Origin: Phoronis australis
Lineage: Eukaryota; Animalia; Phoronida
Assembly (NCBI GenBank): GCA_002633005.1
Contig: NMRA01000014.1
Location: 858,955-922,954, forward strand
Reading direction: 5' to 3'
DNA: 64,000 bases
The position numbers and the translations under genes are program-made. Of this stretch, positions 27,101-38,500 are shown in pieces. The notes beneath the pieces are model-generated. The model was not told where the DNA came from and did not search any database. It saw only the letters and a list, made by a program, of their open reading frames with translations. How positions within the stretch are numbered: the first letter of the stretch is position 1; each line of letters opens with the position of its first letter.

Positions 27101-30100
27101 CATGCAGGCGTGACTGTATGTGCCGGGCACTTTGCTAGCGACAGGCTTCAGAGCAGGGTGTGTTTCCTTCTCTTATACCGGTATGTAATTTCGAACTGAA
27201 CTGTAATGTATGTGTAAGATGAAATACACATTTTGGTGTTCTTTGGAGGTTTGATTTGTTACATCCTGACGAAAGTACCATCTCGTAACATCTAACGCAG
27301 AAAAATTCAATTTCCCCTGTGAGGAAATTTCCAGAAAAAAATCAAAAATTTATGATTTTTGGAATACATGCAAAGAAAAAAACTGTGGTTACCACAGAGT
27401 TTCTAATCTCTCTCCCACAGATGCTCTAAGTCGCTTGAAGTCAAAGGTCACATTTTTTATATAAGGGAAATGTGCTACGTCTATGCCTTGCCATGACAAA
27501 TAAGGAGGTGTGCTTTGCCTTGTGGGAGAAAAATCAACGGAGCGGCGAGCAGTGGACAGATCGTTTTTTGAAATTTGAAACTAAAAGAAAATGCTTTGAT
27601 ATCAACAGAAATTAAAAACCTCTGCGAACAAACACTTAAAATAACTGGTGAGCAGGTTGAATTCTGTTTCAGTGGCAGAGAACCACTTTCAATATTGCAA
27701 TTTAATCTGATTATGAGTTCCAGGCCTCATTGATATGACCACTGTCCCAAGTGAGGCAAAAAGTTTACCATGCTTCTCTATTCCTCAGTCACAGAAATAT
27801 TAAAAATGGATGCTAGGTGGAACAGAATATGTTGAGTTCACCCAAAACTAGTAAAGCACCATTGCATCCTTAACTAATTTTATAAAAAATCCATCAATGA
27901 AGTGTAGTCTTATCAGGAACACACCTGTCAATTTTCATGAACCTTCAATCGATTAGATAGATAGAAAGCTGGATGCTAAAAAACAGGACACAAATTGTTT
28001 AAAATGGACACTAGGTAGTGCAAAATCGTCAATGAAAATAGAATGGCCATGCCATCTTCCTAATAGATATCTATTAGTCAAATTACATGAAAATCAAAAA
28101 AAAAACATACATAATTGTAAAAAACTAAATTGCCGCTATGGGCACAGCCATGGTCAGGTCAGTACAAAGTTCGTCATCATCTGTTATCAGCTTCATACGA
28201 ACGCAGCTGTCAAATCTCATAAAAATTCTGCAAGGGGTTTAGGTGAAACAGTAGTGGACAGGGGTCGTCTGACACCCCAACAGAGATGATGAAAACTTGC
28301 ACCCACATGAATCCACTGTAACCAACCTGCAAGTAAGCTAATTCTCTGCTCATTATTCTGAAAGCCATTTTCATAGCCCCTAGAAGTGAACTCCTTTTTT
28401 GCCAAAGGCTCTTAAAGGCCTTTCCCACTGGCTCCGAAGCTTTGGTGTTACTAAAGTTTCAGTCAATGGGTACATTTGACTTTGGTCTTGGATCGAAGGT
28501 AATAGTGGTAGGTAGATTTAACAGCAAAGCATCGACGCTTTGCTACAGTGAGAATGCTTACCGTCGGGTTATCAGCAGGGGTTGCCAGCAGCTGTCGGTG
28601 ACTGGTTAATATTTGTTAATATTTTTATCTGATATTAATTATTTTGGTAGTATAAGAATTCTGTTTCAGTTTATCCATGTATTTGCTGGATTAAAAATAT
28701 CACTGTCCAAACATGCAAAAGGTGAAGGTCATATTAGCACCACCTTGCGATAAGTTCCCTGAATTACATTTTCTGACTATGTAACACTGAAGCTGATCGG
28801 TACAGTAGAACTTAATTTCCCAGTTAACCACAGTTAACATCGAAGCATCAATAGTAGCAGAGTTAACTGTATGAGAATGGACCTTTAGCGCCACCTATGT
28901 CAACTTGCCAGGACAGTGATTTATTTGATATACAGTGAATTATATGAAATCAATATTCAGTCATTACAATCCTGCTATCTTACAAATTCTTTTTTACTAA
29001 AAGTACAGAAAAATCCCATATTTCTTAAGAATAAGTACGTTCAATTGAACATCACATAAACCAGCTTACCTGTTCATGTCTGTTCATTACTTGTTTCTCT
29101 TTATTTCTGACCCTTCCAACAATTCACAAAATATAGAAGACACTAGGCCATAAGTGCAAGGAGAGCTGCATGAAAGCCATTTTCTCCCTAGGCGGTAGGA
29201 CAGACATTGTCAATCCTGCAGTGTCAGCAGGGCACTGTGCCTGCAGCTTACTCTGGATAAAATATTATCTGCTTAGAAAAAAAACAATGTAAATGCGAAC
29301 GTTTAACTTTTAAAATTGTCAGTAGGCTAGGGGGCACACCGCAACTCAGTACTACATGTAAAGAACAAGTGCTGCTATGCTGGATAAAGCATTATCTGCT
29401 AAATCTCACCAGGATACCAGTACCTCATCACATTTGGTCTATGGAAACAAATGCATCAAAACTAATCAGCACCTAGTGGGTGTGGCCGGTTTGGCACACC
29501 AGAACATGAACTGAGAGGTCAAGCTCCTAACTGCCCCACAAAACTAAAGAGTGCCATGACGAATGTGTGGAACTGTGACATTTAAAGAAGGTGGAGATCT
29601 ACAAGACCACCCGCAAGGCAGAAGGTACAGAATGCTACACTGAGAACACCAGTGTTTTTTACTGCGACCATTTATATAGACAGGAGTTCTAAGAACACTT
29701 CACTAATTGTACTCAAGGCAAACTTATATGGATAGTAATGTTATCAATAAATGTATAGAAACACAAGCCATGTGCTATTTGTATTGTGACGCAGAACAAA
29801 GCTGTTTTTGTCCATCAAAGCACAGGCCACTACAAACTTCAACAATACAGAGTCTGTTTATTCCATGCCTTATTGGTCCCCTATTATAGATTTTCAGCTT
29901 TTGAAGCAACAGCTTACACTGTTGATTGCTCAATGGCTTCATAAGACATATCTGGCTCAATGAGTCATAACATGGCTTCCATTATAATCCAAGGTCTGCA
30001 AATGTCATAAAAAGTGTATATCAATTTGCCTCAAAATACATAACTTCACTCAAGTTTTGTAAACAAATCTGTGTCAATGTACCCTACATAACAGAATACA

Positions 30101-33100
30101 CTACAGTGCTGTCTCTATATGCTTAGCAGATACTTATGTGACCTATTCTTGTAATTGTTTTGTTTTTGCATGTGATGAAACAGCCTTGAAATATAGTAGT
30201 TACTTATATATCATTGTGATATTTCTTAGTCATATATTTGCTCTTTAGAGTACCTATGAATACTGTGTAACTTTAGAATTCTCCATGGCTCGTTTTAATG
30301 TGTCGCTGCAAACTGTTTCACAGCACTTTTGATACGTCTGAAGAACCCCTCGAGCTGTTTCAAAAAACAACGACCAGTTTGGAAAAAGCCAATACCATTA
30401 CTTCACGGTATGTTTATAGAAATCATGCATCGTTTAAATAATTGCCAAAATGCCCTCCTTTACTTATTTTAATTATGGTAGTGTTCTTAATAGCTGGTTT
30501 TAGCATGTTCCAGCGATCGGTTTGGCCACACTACTGACACATTTGAATGCCCCGTGACCAGTTCAAAAAACCAGATACCAGTTTGTAAACTAGGGGTCGC
30601 CATTGTAAACAAAGTCTTCTTTGGTTCAAATTAACACTTGAAAACAACTGGCCATAGCCCACTAAGCTGAATAAAGGCCAAGTGGTCAGTTATAGAAAGC
30701 TAATAGGCAATCTACCTCAACCGCCAGACCAGAGTGGTAACCAGAGTCTATTTATGGTGTAGATCTCTGACCTCTTCAATTCTGCAACAACTAGTCATAA
30801 TCAAATGAATTTAAACAAAGACCCAATGCCACTTCTAGGCCTAATTCACTACTAGTACCTGCTCACTGGAGGGTCAGTCTGGCATGAGAGTCACTGATCT
30901 TTAATCACTTTTGGAGCCTCTTTTGTGTTAGTACTCTAAAGCCCCCCCCCCCACACACACATGGTTGCTTTAAATGATGGCCACCTTTGCAACATTATCC
31001 CCTGGACCGCCATCACTCAAATAATTCGGCCACATAAGGCAAATCTTATGCAAACAGGACTTGCAAGTGGACGAGAAACCGTGCACTGCTTACCCCCAGA
31101 GTATCCAGCGAAATACTAGACACATCAGAGGGTTGATGGCGCTGTCACGGATTGAACTGAGCTGGTCACGGGCTTGGCTGAACATAATGGCGGCTGTAAA
31201 CCAACATGCATGTGTAGCATAATAATTGCGAAATCAAAAATCAAACAATAAGTAAGGCAAATAACCACTATGCCTGCTTCTAAAATTAAAAGGTTCAAAG
31301 TAGCCATCTTTAAATTTTTAAAATACATGCGTTATAAGAGAAATTAACGAATAGCTTTTCTTCAGCATCACGGCTAAGCCAGAAGCATTACTTTGTGAAT
31401 CAGGTTAGTCACAGTCTGGCTTAGGCATTGGGGTAACAAAACCACAAATGTTCTAAAGTGTAGGAATTGTCTAATTATCAGTCAATTCAGAAATAAGAAA
31501 TTCCCTGTGCAAAATGCTTTTGTAGCGCATTTTTAAGTATTTCGTGCACCCCAAAACACTGGTCGGACTTACCGTCAGCAGTGTTACAAATGTCAAGCAA
31601 CCTATGAATGGAAACACTTTTGATGACTCTTATTGGTTGTTTTTGTGCATTTATCACTTAAATATTATTGGTCAATTTTGGTGCATTTCTCATTGTTATT
31701 GGCCAATCGAAATTGAGCTCATCTCATTGCCTTACTTTGGAGTTTCGTTGGAGGCATTATATCTGTGGTGCACACACCCAGTGAAAACTTGCCATGTCAT
31801 TCAAAACTCTGAACCTTGGTAGCAGCCACATCTGAAATTTGCAGTTTCGGGAGGAGTACGGTAATTGCGGGATTTTGGTCAGACAGTGTCGTCTCTGGCT
31901 TCTGTAATGGATTGACATGTGTATTCGACATACTCGGTCATGTCGTCTCCTTAGAAAGATTGTTCATTTCACAAAGTGAGAGATGTTCCAGATACAAACA
32001 TTGACCCCAATTCAGATACGACAGGCAATCCAGTTCCAGATCCAGATCGTGGTGAAAACGCGTACAATGAAAGGTGGACCTTTTCAAAGTTCTGAATTGT
32101 TGCCAACAACATCCAACATCGGCATTTTTAAAATTCGCTCCAAACCAAATGGTTCTCAGCGGGAAGAATGAACTTGTGACAATCCTGAAAACACTGGGAA
32201 TGTTGGCGATTTAGTCGATATCTTTCTAGCTAAGCATTGCTTTTTTAACGGTTGCTGACACAAAACTTCAATCTAAGCACAAACTCCCGCCACTTGTTAG
32301 AGCTGTTCAAATTTTGCGACTCAGAATGAGTTGAAAAACTTTCTGTCAAAAAACTTTCACAAAGTGCTGTATGCCTAGGTGGAATGTTGTACTGATGCGG
32401 GAGAATGAAGCAATGCAAAATTTCCAAGAAAAAAATCTTGAGTCTAGTATCAGTTATGTGATCATTAGGAGGCTTTCAGGAAGCAAGTGGGACTGGTGAC
32501 CCATACTGCCACCTGGCTGTATCAGGAGGTATTTATTTTTTTACAGTAGGTGACAAGGTAGTATTTATGACTTTCTGACAAGACTCTTGTACAATGTACA
32601 TAATTAGACGTGATACACTTAAAACAAAGTGAAATCGCCACCTCATCCTCTCAAGGCCACTGGTATCCAGTCCTAGGTGATAAGTCACCATGCTGCTACT
32701 TGAAACTCTCCTATAACTATTCTTGTATGAAATAAAAAAGCATCGAAATATTACGAGTAACATAGAGCTTGACATGTGAACCTAACAGAATGAGATCTCA
32801 TCTGAGTAATAATCTAGGAAATGGGATGTTAAACCAAGTCGCAAAATTTTTTTGCACGGGCAAGATTATTAGCTTTCCTCAAGGATAACGCAGGTGCTTG
32901 TAGCACTAAGGTATGCTAATTTTCGACACTGTTAAACATTAGTTTGTACTACAATATAAAGTCTGACATTTAAGGAAGGTTACTCAATATCACTACACTG
33001 CCGGCCATTCATCGGTACACTATCTACAAGGTATACTCCTGTACAAAGGACACCCACCTGCACCTAAAGCAGAACTTAGGCTCAAGTGCCTACACGCAAA

Positions 33101-33609
33101 GCACTTGAGAAAACTTATTTTCTTTAAAACAAACATTATTTTGGATCAGGTGTATCGTCCTATACAATGTACAGCAGAGTAGGGAGTTGTAGCACAACTA
33201 TGACACACTAGTGGGGTGACACAACACAATTAGCCCAACAACAGGACATAATTCAAGCAACACTGCACCTTTTCCCTCAGCCCAATAGTTAATACCTACC
33301 ACCGAAGACTGCAGCTTGATTCCTGCCAAGGAACATGACAGTCAGCAGGTGAGGGTAAGTTGACTCCAACGCTTTACATAGCTTCTGAAATGCCTGTGGT
33401 CCTTTACTAGGTAGTATGCTCAATAGCCTTTCTACCTTAGACTCTCTCGTTTTCTGAGAGCTGATCTCAGACACATCAGACAAGTCAAGTATGGGCGACA
33501 GACCACATTGCAAAGCAGGCAACAATTTGTCAACGTCCACAGATTGCAGAAATATTGACCTGTGTACCTCTAGAAGGTCTTTGTGTTTATCTTCCATTTC
33601 TGTGTGCAT
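754..33609 (-). CDS. DLG5: Disks large homolog 5 (MAGUK scaffold), 5' part of a multi-exon gene; 3' exons lie beyond the left edge
   Basis: Exons 33300-33609, 23214-23282, 9991-11310, 7443-7659, 6324-6459, 5588-5715, 4833-5005, 4367-4470, 1898-3273, 1494-1758 and 754-949 have GT-AG boundaries and join in frame. Order is CARD, coiled coil, DSAIDADLQEWETE, PDZ1, PDZ2, S/P-rich linker, which is the DLG5 architecture (human has DSAIDTDSMEWETE, recalled). Confidence 0.93.
1494..1758 (-). CDS. DLG5: DLG5 linker exon
   Basis: ttccag| acceptor (phase 2), STLPHGHMATGG...PSPSFH, CAT|gtgagt donor (phase 0). Confidence 0.8.
1898..3273 (-). CDS. DLG5: DLG5 end of PDZ2 plus Ser/Pro-rich linker
   Basis: INGNSVENMTPKEAIKLI...LVLHISK, then a low-complexity linker with GSTWP and PPVPPKRD; ttgtag| acceptor, AG|gtacgt donor, phase 0-2. 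Confidence 0.9.
3814..4353. repeat. Minisatellite, 59-60 bp unit, about 9 copies
   Basis: actgctaagtattgagtggctttggtagacacaagtgtccaggatcactcctgt-type unit in tandem. Confidence 0.97.
4367..4470 (-). CDS. DLG5: DLG5 PDZ2, first part
   Basis: DVGILVDQGLYISRISQGSVAAREANLAVGDRIIS; tccag| acceptor, AGT|gtaagt donor, phase 1-0. Confidence 0.92.
4833..5005 (-). CDS. DLG5: DLG5 PDZ1, C-terminal half
   Basis: VGDQLLTVNNVDVT...ISMVVRRRK...; tacag| acceptor, G|gtacga donor, phase 2-1. Confidence 0.92.
5160..5521. repeat. Minisatellite, about 56-58 bp unit, about 6 copies
   Basis: aggtcacacagggaacactggtcac...cagtactatatacagtagacatgtcc in tandem. Confidence 0.93.
5588..5715 (-). CDS. DLG5: DLG5 PDZ1, N-terminal half
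   Basis: GGRDDVELGFDLVGGKDDQQFPSDSSFFVSHVNKGSVADGKL; tgcag| acceptor, AA|gtaagt donor, phase 0-2. Missing from the ORF track. Confidence 0.92.
6324..6459 (-). CDS. DLG5: DLG5 exon preceding PDZ1
   Basis: ...HNHSRDSAIDADLQEWETETLQFDL; tttcag| acceptor, CTG|gtaact donor, phase 2-0. Confidence 0.92.
6936..7162. repeat. Minisatellite, 29 bp unit, about 8 copies
   Basis: acaacttgaacagtgtctagtgttcatta in tandem. Confidence 0.95.
7443..7659 (-). CDS. DLG5: DLG5 coiled-coil exon
   Basis: EALRESAELKDQREWAFKERE...ELKEYK; tttag| acceptor, AA|gtcagt donor, phase 1-2. Confidence 0.9.
7722..9464. mobile_element. Non-autonomous DNA transposon with TIRs of about 75 bp and TTAA flank (Kolobok-like)
   Basis: TTAA|GGTCACATAGGACC...TTTTAACTCGGTAAAA at left, imperfect reverse complement TTTTACCGAGTTAAA...GGTTCTGTATAACC|TCAA at right; no transposase ORF. 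A related end starts at about 9676. Confidence 0.75.
9991..11310 (-). CDS. DLG5: DLG5 coiled-coil exon (1320 nt)
   Basis: Within ORF 9956..11338; E/K/Q/L-rich heptads (EYKVIMSERDAVLKEIDQLQD); ttgcag| acceptor and G|gtatgt donor, phase 1-1. Confidence 0.92.
14454..14540. repeat. 22-bp tandem repeat, about 3.5 copies
   Basis: catagcaacccaaatattcatg repeated. Confidence 0.92.
14624..14708. repeat. 12-bp tandem repeat
   Basis: ggtcaccacagt/c-type unit, about 6 copies. Confidence 0.88.
15832..16005. repeat. Near-perfect 174-bp inverted repeat (hairpin), probably the end of a non-autonomous element running to about 16690
   Basis: GTTATCCCCCGTTATCTAGAGCCC pairs with GGGCTCTAGATAACGGGGGATAAC; inner and outer arms also pair around a GTTA loop. 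Confidence 0.92.
16551..16619 (+). pseudogene. tRNA-derived sequence (pseudo-tRNA or SINE-like head)
   Basis: A box TGGTGTAGTGG, B box GGTTCGAATCC and acceptor-like pairing GCTGAG/CTCGGT; the anticodon stem does not pair. Confidence 0.65.
18101..18180. repeat. (TA)n/(TATG)n microsatellite
   Basis: Directly visible. Confidence 0.95.
23214..23282 (-). CDS. DLG5: DLG5 small exon (69 nt, DSCLKSPSSDSEDDCLQPRQDKT)
   Basis: tgttacag| acceptor and G|gtatga donor, phase 1-1, open frame; an SDSE stretch follows the CARD as in DLG5 orthologs. Missing from the ORF track. Confidence 0.72.
26775..26950. repeat. Degenerate tandem repeat of about 58 bp (3 copies; a 4th resumes at about 27733)
   Basis: tatgatcactgtcccagatggtgttacaagtct...ctctattcccc units. 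Confidence 0.8.
26953..27729. mobile_element. TTAA-flanked non-autonomous DNA transposon inserted in the tandem repeat
   Basis: Starts TTAA|AGAGACATGAAATGCAAAAGCTCATC and ends GTTCCAGGCCTCA|TTGA. A related left end (TTAAAGAGGCATGGAACGCGAAAGCTCATC) at about 40304 shares internal segments. Confidence 0.62.
33300..33609 (-). CDS. DLG5: DLG5 first coding exon, CARD/death-fold domain
   Basis: MHTEMEDKHKDLLEVHRS...KVERLLSILPSKGPQAFQKLCKALESTYPHLL is CARD-like; phase-1 donor G|GTAGGT at 33299. The start could be the second Met (33597). Confidence 0.88.
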
Positions 33610-33919
33610 TGACTAGGTATGTGTGATCATCTCCAACAATACGAAACAGCACCAATCCAAAGACATATCTATCACCTTCAGATGAAACTCAGCCATTTTT
33701 CTTCCTCCTCGAATGGCTCAACAAACTTCATCGACTGGGCGCCAGTGGGTAAAAAATACAAAGTTGAACGAGTAGGTTACGCATATTTCTTGTTCTTTCG
33801 GCACACATATATTTCTTTCGTAGTAAACCCGCACAATTCACTCTTTGTTTGCAAATTATGTTTTAACTTACTGAGTTGTTCACATTTAATTGTGTTCAGT
33901 TATTCATGTCCCTTTCCGA

Positions 33920-33970
33920 TGACAGCCATTTTCACACAAGAACGTCAACAGCTGATCTACCAATCAGAAC
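33920..33970 (-). promoter_or_regulatory. Probable DLG5 promoter/5' UTR start region
   Basis: YY1-like AAAATGGC on the minus strand at about 33925-33932 and CCAAT at 33961, about 320 bp upstream of the ATG. The TSS cannot be determined. Confidence 0.3.
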
Positions 33971-34115
33971 GGAAAAAATTAGGTCACAGACATAAAATAG
34001 TTTTCCAGTCACTCAATAGGTGCCAATTCTCGCCTTTCCGCTCTAAATGCGAAACATCTGAATGTTAACCCAGGCCCGTAAGTAGAATTTTTTTGGGTGG
34101 AGCAGGGGCGGAGCC

Positions 34116-34590
34116 ATGCCCCCCCTAAAATTCTACTAGATATCGTTTGGCAGTTCGGGTGCGAATTTGCTGACTAGCACATGCGCGCAACCATGGGGGG
34201 CTCGGCCGGGGATGAACAAACAATGCATAGCCTAGGTCCGCCCCTTTTTTTTAGTCAAAAGGTCCACAAACCCGAAAATTCGAGACCCCTGCACCCCTAA
34301 ATTTTATAGGTTGGGCGCGCGCATCTGCCGAAATTTTGGTTATTCCTGTGCCCGCCCCCAGAATTTCGCCACACGCGCGCGCCCAGCCTAAAATGTAGGG
34401 ATGCAGGGGTATCGAATTTTTGGGTTTGTGGACCTTATTACTAAAAAAATAAAAAACGGTAAACGGGTTCACTTCAAGGCCTATTGTGCATTCGGCGCCC
34501 CCCGAGTTTCCCTTGGTGCGCGCATATGCTAGTCAGCAATTCGCACGATGAACTGCCAAATGGTATCTGGGAGAATTTTAGGGGGGCATA
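34116..34590. mobile_element. Foldback MITE (palindrome of about 475 bp) upstream of DLG5
   Basis: ATGCCCCCCCTAAAATTCT...TGCTGACTAGCACATGCGCGCA is mirrored by TGCGCGCATATGCTAGTCAGCA...AGAATTTTAGGGGGGCAT; inner arms GGTCCACAAACCC/GGGTTTGTGGACC. A related fragment lies at about 39280-39410. Confidence 0.85.
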
Positions 34591-35009
34591 CATTTTTTGC
34601 GATCTACAATTCGTTAGTCAATAAACAATTCATTTATTGTCATTTGAGTTGTGAAAACATTTTTGGGACACCTAGTAGAACTGTGGGACATGCATCAATA
34701 TCTTTGAGACTTATTTCAGATAGGCAAAAATGATTTAGTGTACTGTGCTATTTGGAGATTGGAAGCTAGATCAGATTTTCCCCCAGTCAGCCTGCAACTA
34801 AGTTCACTGAAGCATCGTCATATCTTACAAGATTAGCTTATGGTTGTTAAAAAATCATACATCATTCAGAAATTTTCAGAATGTATTCGTGTTCACGTGT
34901 ATTATTGATTCGCCCCAGAGGTAGCTACTACTTGAATTTTTAAAATCGCTGAAATCTTTGTATACGATTTTTAGTGTACCAGATGTTTATTTCTTTGAAT
35001 ACATTAATC

Positions 35010-35564
35010 AATAAAAACAACTACGGTTTTAAATCGACTTGACATGTTTCGGTGTCATTTAACCCTAAGGACAAAATTCCTACGGGGCTACGGTCCAGGG
35101 TAGTGTACAAATTTATCTGTGCTGGATGTGGCTCCAGATATATAGGCGAAACTGTTCGCCATTTGAAAACCAGGACCAAAGAACATCTAAAATCTGACAG
35201 AGGTTCACATGTAAATATTCATCTACGATCTACAGAGCTCCAATTATTGTTATCAGCAATGCTCTCTCAATGACTTTGCAATAATAGACCAAGTAAAAAT
35301 AACAAAGGAGCTTAGAATTCGTGAGGCTCTACACATCAGTTGGTGCAAGCCCAATCTCAATAGGCACAGGCAACTGGCACACCACAGGTTGTCATTGTTG
35401 GTCTAGTTTATTGTTACTCCCTGTAACTGACTGTATCTGCCTTTCATCACTTGTTGCTGGCCGTCCTAGATAGGTGGCCACTACATTCTCTCTTCTGGTG
35501 ATGGTGTTTGAATAAATGACACCGAAACATGTCAAGTCGATTTAGAACCGGAGCTGTTTTTATT
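35010..35564 (+). mobile_element. 5'-truncated Penelope-like retroelement: frameshifted GIY-YIG endonuclease with inverted pLTR fragment
   Basis: KDKIP...SRVVYKFICAGCGSRYIGETVRHLKTRTKEH, continuing in another frame as DFAIIDQ...LRIREALHISWCKPNLN...* (stop at 35406); 35010-35061 is the reverse complement of 35513-35564. Confidence 0.88.
35492..35536 (+). ncRNA. Minimal hammerhead-ribozyme-like motif in the Penelope pLTR (core variant, probably decayed)
   Basis: CTT-CTGGTGA-T-GGTGT[loop]ACACC-GAAAC-AT-GTC-AAG; the core differs from CUGANGA at one position. Confidence 0.6.
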
Positions 35565-38500
35565 AATATATGCTGCTACTTGCTATCATGGAATACCTTA
35601 ATCGGCTAGACAAGAGTACTCTGTACACCATCATCAAAAACTCTTCCTCCCGACAATTCAGTATGGGCGAGTTTATAACAAACAACTCCCCAAAAATTTT
35701 CAAAAGAATTAATATTCCCATGAATGACATTATGGGAAAAAGTATCGACATATTTTCGTTGTAAAACCATACGAAATATCACTATTGCGTAATTCACAAA
35801 CACTGACATTCAGTAGTTCGGCAGACTTCCAGTCTTTCAATGGCGGACTATCATAATCTATTCTTCAATACAATAATTTTTAATTGTTTGTGCCGCAAGT
35901 TTTGATACTGATGTGCTTTGCACGATTATGTTTTGTATTTTTCCATGGCCCTTTGTGAATAGTTGACAGTGCCGGATTGATAGAGGAGCAAAGGGACAAT
36001 TACCCAGGGCTGACCCTCTTAGGTAGGATCCCGTCTGAAAGGCTAAATATCATTAAAATGGAAAAGAGCGACAATATATAATATTCCACCACCCTGTGAC
36101 CCGCCAAGAAGTGATCTAGTTTTTCAAAAACAGGAAAATAGAGGCAATCGTTTCCATGGGCAATGCGTTCACTTTGATTTAATGGCTTTGGTGTCCTGTT
36201 AAACGACAAATTTTGCACCTATGTTAAAAACAATGCATTTGTTGTCGTTTAAATTGTGAACATATTTTGAAACTCCTTAAAGAACTAACTGAACTTCATA
36301 GATGTCTCTGAGAGTTAGTTTAGGTAGGCAAAAATCGTCGAAGTGTATTGCGGATCGAATTTCAGGGATTTTCTCAACTTCAAGTTGCAACTAAATTCAC
36401 TGAAGCATCATTAGTTTTTACAAGGTTAGCTTATAATTGTCAAAAATCATCTATGAATCTGTCGATTTTCGTAGATATATAACCATTTAAATCAAAAAGC
36501 AACAAATTCGTTTATGATAACGGAATGTAATTTATAAGCAATTTCCGAAGGCATGCTCGCACACTTTTTAACGGGCAACCAGGGGAACATGGGATATGGG
36601 GCAACACACAGGGTTTGGGCGTCGCTCCAAGATATTTTCCGAATTTGTACGTGTTCACGTGTATTTTAGTTCATTTCAGAGGTCCTTATTACGGTTCATG
36701 AATTAAACTCGAACTCCAAAAAAAAAACACACTGAAATCTTTATTTTTGATTGTGAGCAAATGTACAGTACTTTGATTACACTTGTTAGACATGTGCACG
36801 GTCATCAAAAACCATACCCCGACAGTCTGTTCGCCTTGTGCGAGTTCCTTGTATACAACTCCTAGTAACGATCATCAAAAGAAATATTATTCTTGTGATA
36901 CTATGAAAAAAGGCATTACTATTTTGTAAAACTGCCGTAAACATTCCTTTTGTGTAATTCACAAATAGTGATCTTCACGTTCTTCAAACTTCCACCTTGT
37001 CGATGGCGTTCAATCCTATTGAATCTTTCACATTTTTATGTTTGGGTCGAATGTCTTGATACTTCTGCGCTGTGCACAAATTTGTTTTGTATTTTCTCGA
37101 TGAATTTGGAATCTCATCTTCCTCTTGTGAATACTTGGCAGTGTCAGATTTGCATGTATAGTGGGGCAATTGCCACCGAGAGAGGGCCCTGTCTCAAAGG
37201 GGATCCCCTAAGATGAAAAGCTAAATATCATTAAAATGGAAAAGAGTGACAGTTAATTCCACCATCGTGTAACCCTGCAAGTAATGACCTTACTCAACAT
37301 GAAGGGTGTACGATTTCACAAAAACCAGAAAATAGAGGCAATCGATTCCAACATTGAGCCCTCTCTCCGTGAGCTGTCATTTAAAAATTAATCAATAAAA
37401 CACTAGAAGGGTGACCACTTGGATGCCATCAATGGCTCCCCCTTCAAGGGCTGGGTCCCTAAATATGAAAAGATCTATAATTTCAAAATAAACAACAAAT
37501 GAGCATATATCAGACTATCAATTTTCATTAAGTGATATACAATTTCGATAAAAAACGAAATAATAAAGCGACAGATGTCTCCATTATCCCTTGCCAGAGA
37601 GAGGCCTCTGAAGAAATATAGTTTTGCATTCAAAATTGTCTTATTGAAATTGAAAATCCAGTGAATTAATGAGCTCCGGAAAAGCTGCGTTTGACAAATT
37701 TTCTCAATTTTTTGAAATACGTGTATGAATGACTAAGGGTACGTTTTCAATGCGTTTAAACGACCTTAACGGCAATGTCCTGGGCAGGTCCCTAAATGAT
37801 CAATCGTGAACTGGTAGTTTACAAATGCTCTCTTCAATTTTCTTTCTTCGCCATGTTTCACTGCCTTTTTTTCGGCTACCACCTGCCCCACGCCAAAGAC
37901 GGTTGCCTGTAGCCCCAATGAGATAAATTATATATAGCTTCGACGTGCTCCTTCACTTGACAGTACAAGACTAACGGAAATTTTTAATCAACATATAGTT
38001 GCTCTTCTCGATGGTTCATGGAATTTATGGGGGATTATAGAAAATAAATGATTCTGCAAACACACACCCACTAGCCCTGTTGATTTCTTCTCGCCTGTAG
38101 GACTTCCGATAAATGCACACATTTCCTTGTGTAGAATCGGTGCATTTTTACTCCCAAAGCGGTACGTCACATCATGAAAAGCCTCGACTCCAACTTTCCC
38201 ATTTTCTTCTTTTCAAATCATAGTTGTCAGAGTTGGGTTGTAACCTGAACACACATACGTTTACACAAATTGTACCTTGTTGTTATCAAATCAACCGGTC
38301 CTAAAGAGAGCAGGTAAACAAACCCCCGCCCCACCCCCGCAGATAATTACATGGTACTAAACAAAATGCTGTCTGGGTAAGGCCCGCCAGACACCCCCAA
38401 ATGTCACCCACGGTATGCTGTTCATACGGAGTATGTGAGCTTGGTCGAGGTACCGTCCCAAGCTGTTTTAGAACTTGCAATCGTTCCTCACTGACCACCA

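Larger units (their letters stand above)
34740..37400. repeat. Old diverged tandem duplication (unit about 1 kb): 34740-36200 versus 36330-37400
   Basis: Collinear shared blocks such as gcaactaa.ttcactgaagcatc, cgtgttcacgtgtatt and gctaaatatcattaaaatggaaaagag. Confidence 0.75.

Noticed and set aside
31540-32430. Coding-like tract in DLG5 intron 1 (possible decayed transposase)
   Set aside because: Many stops in all frames and no motif I can recognise; needs BLASTx.
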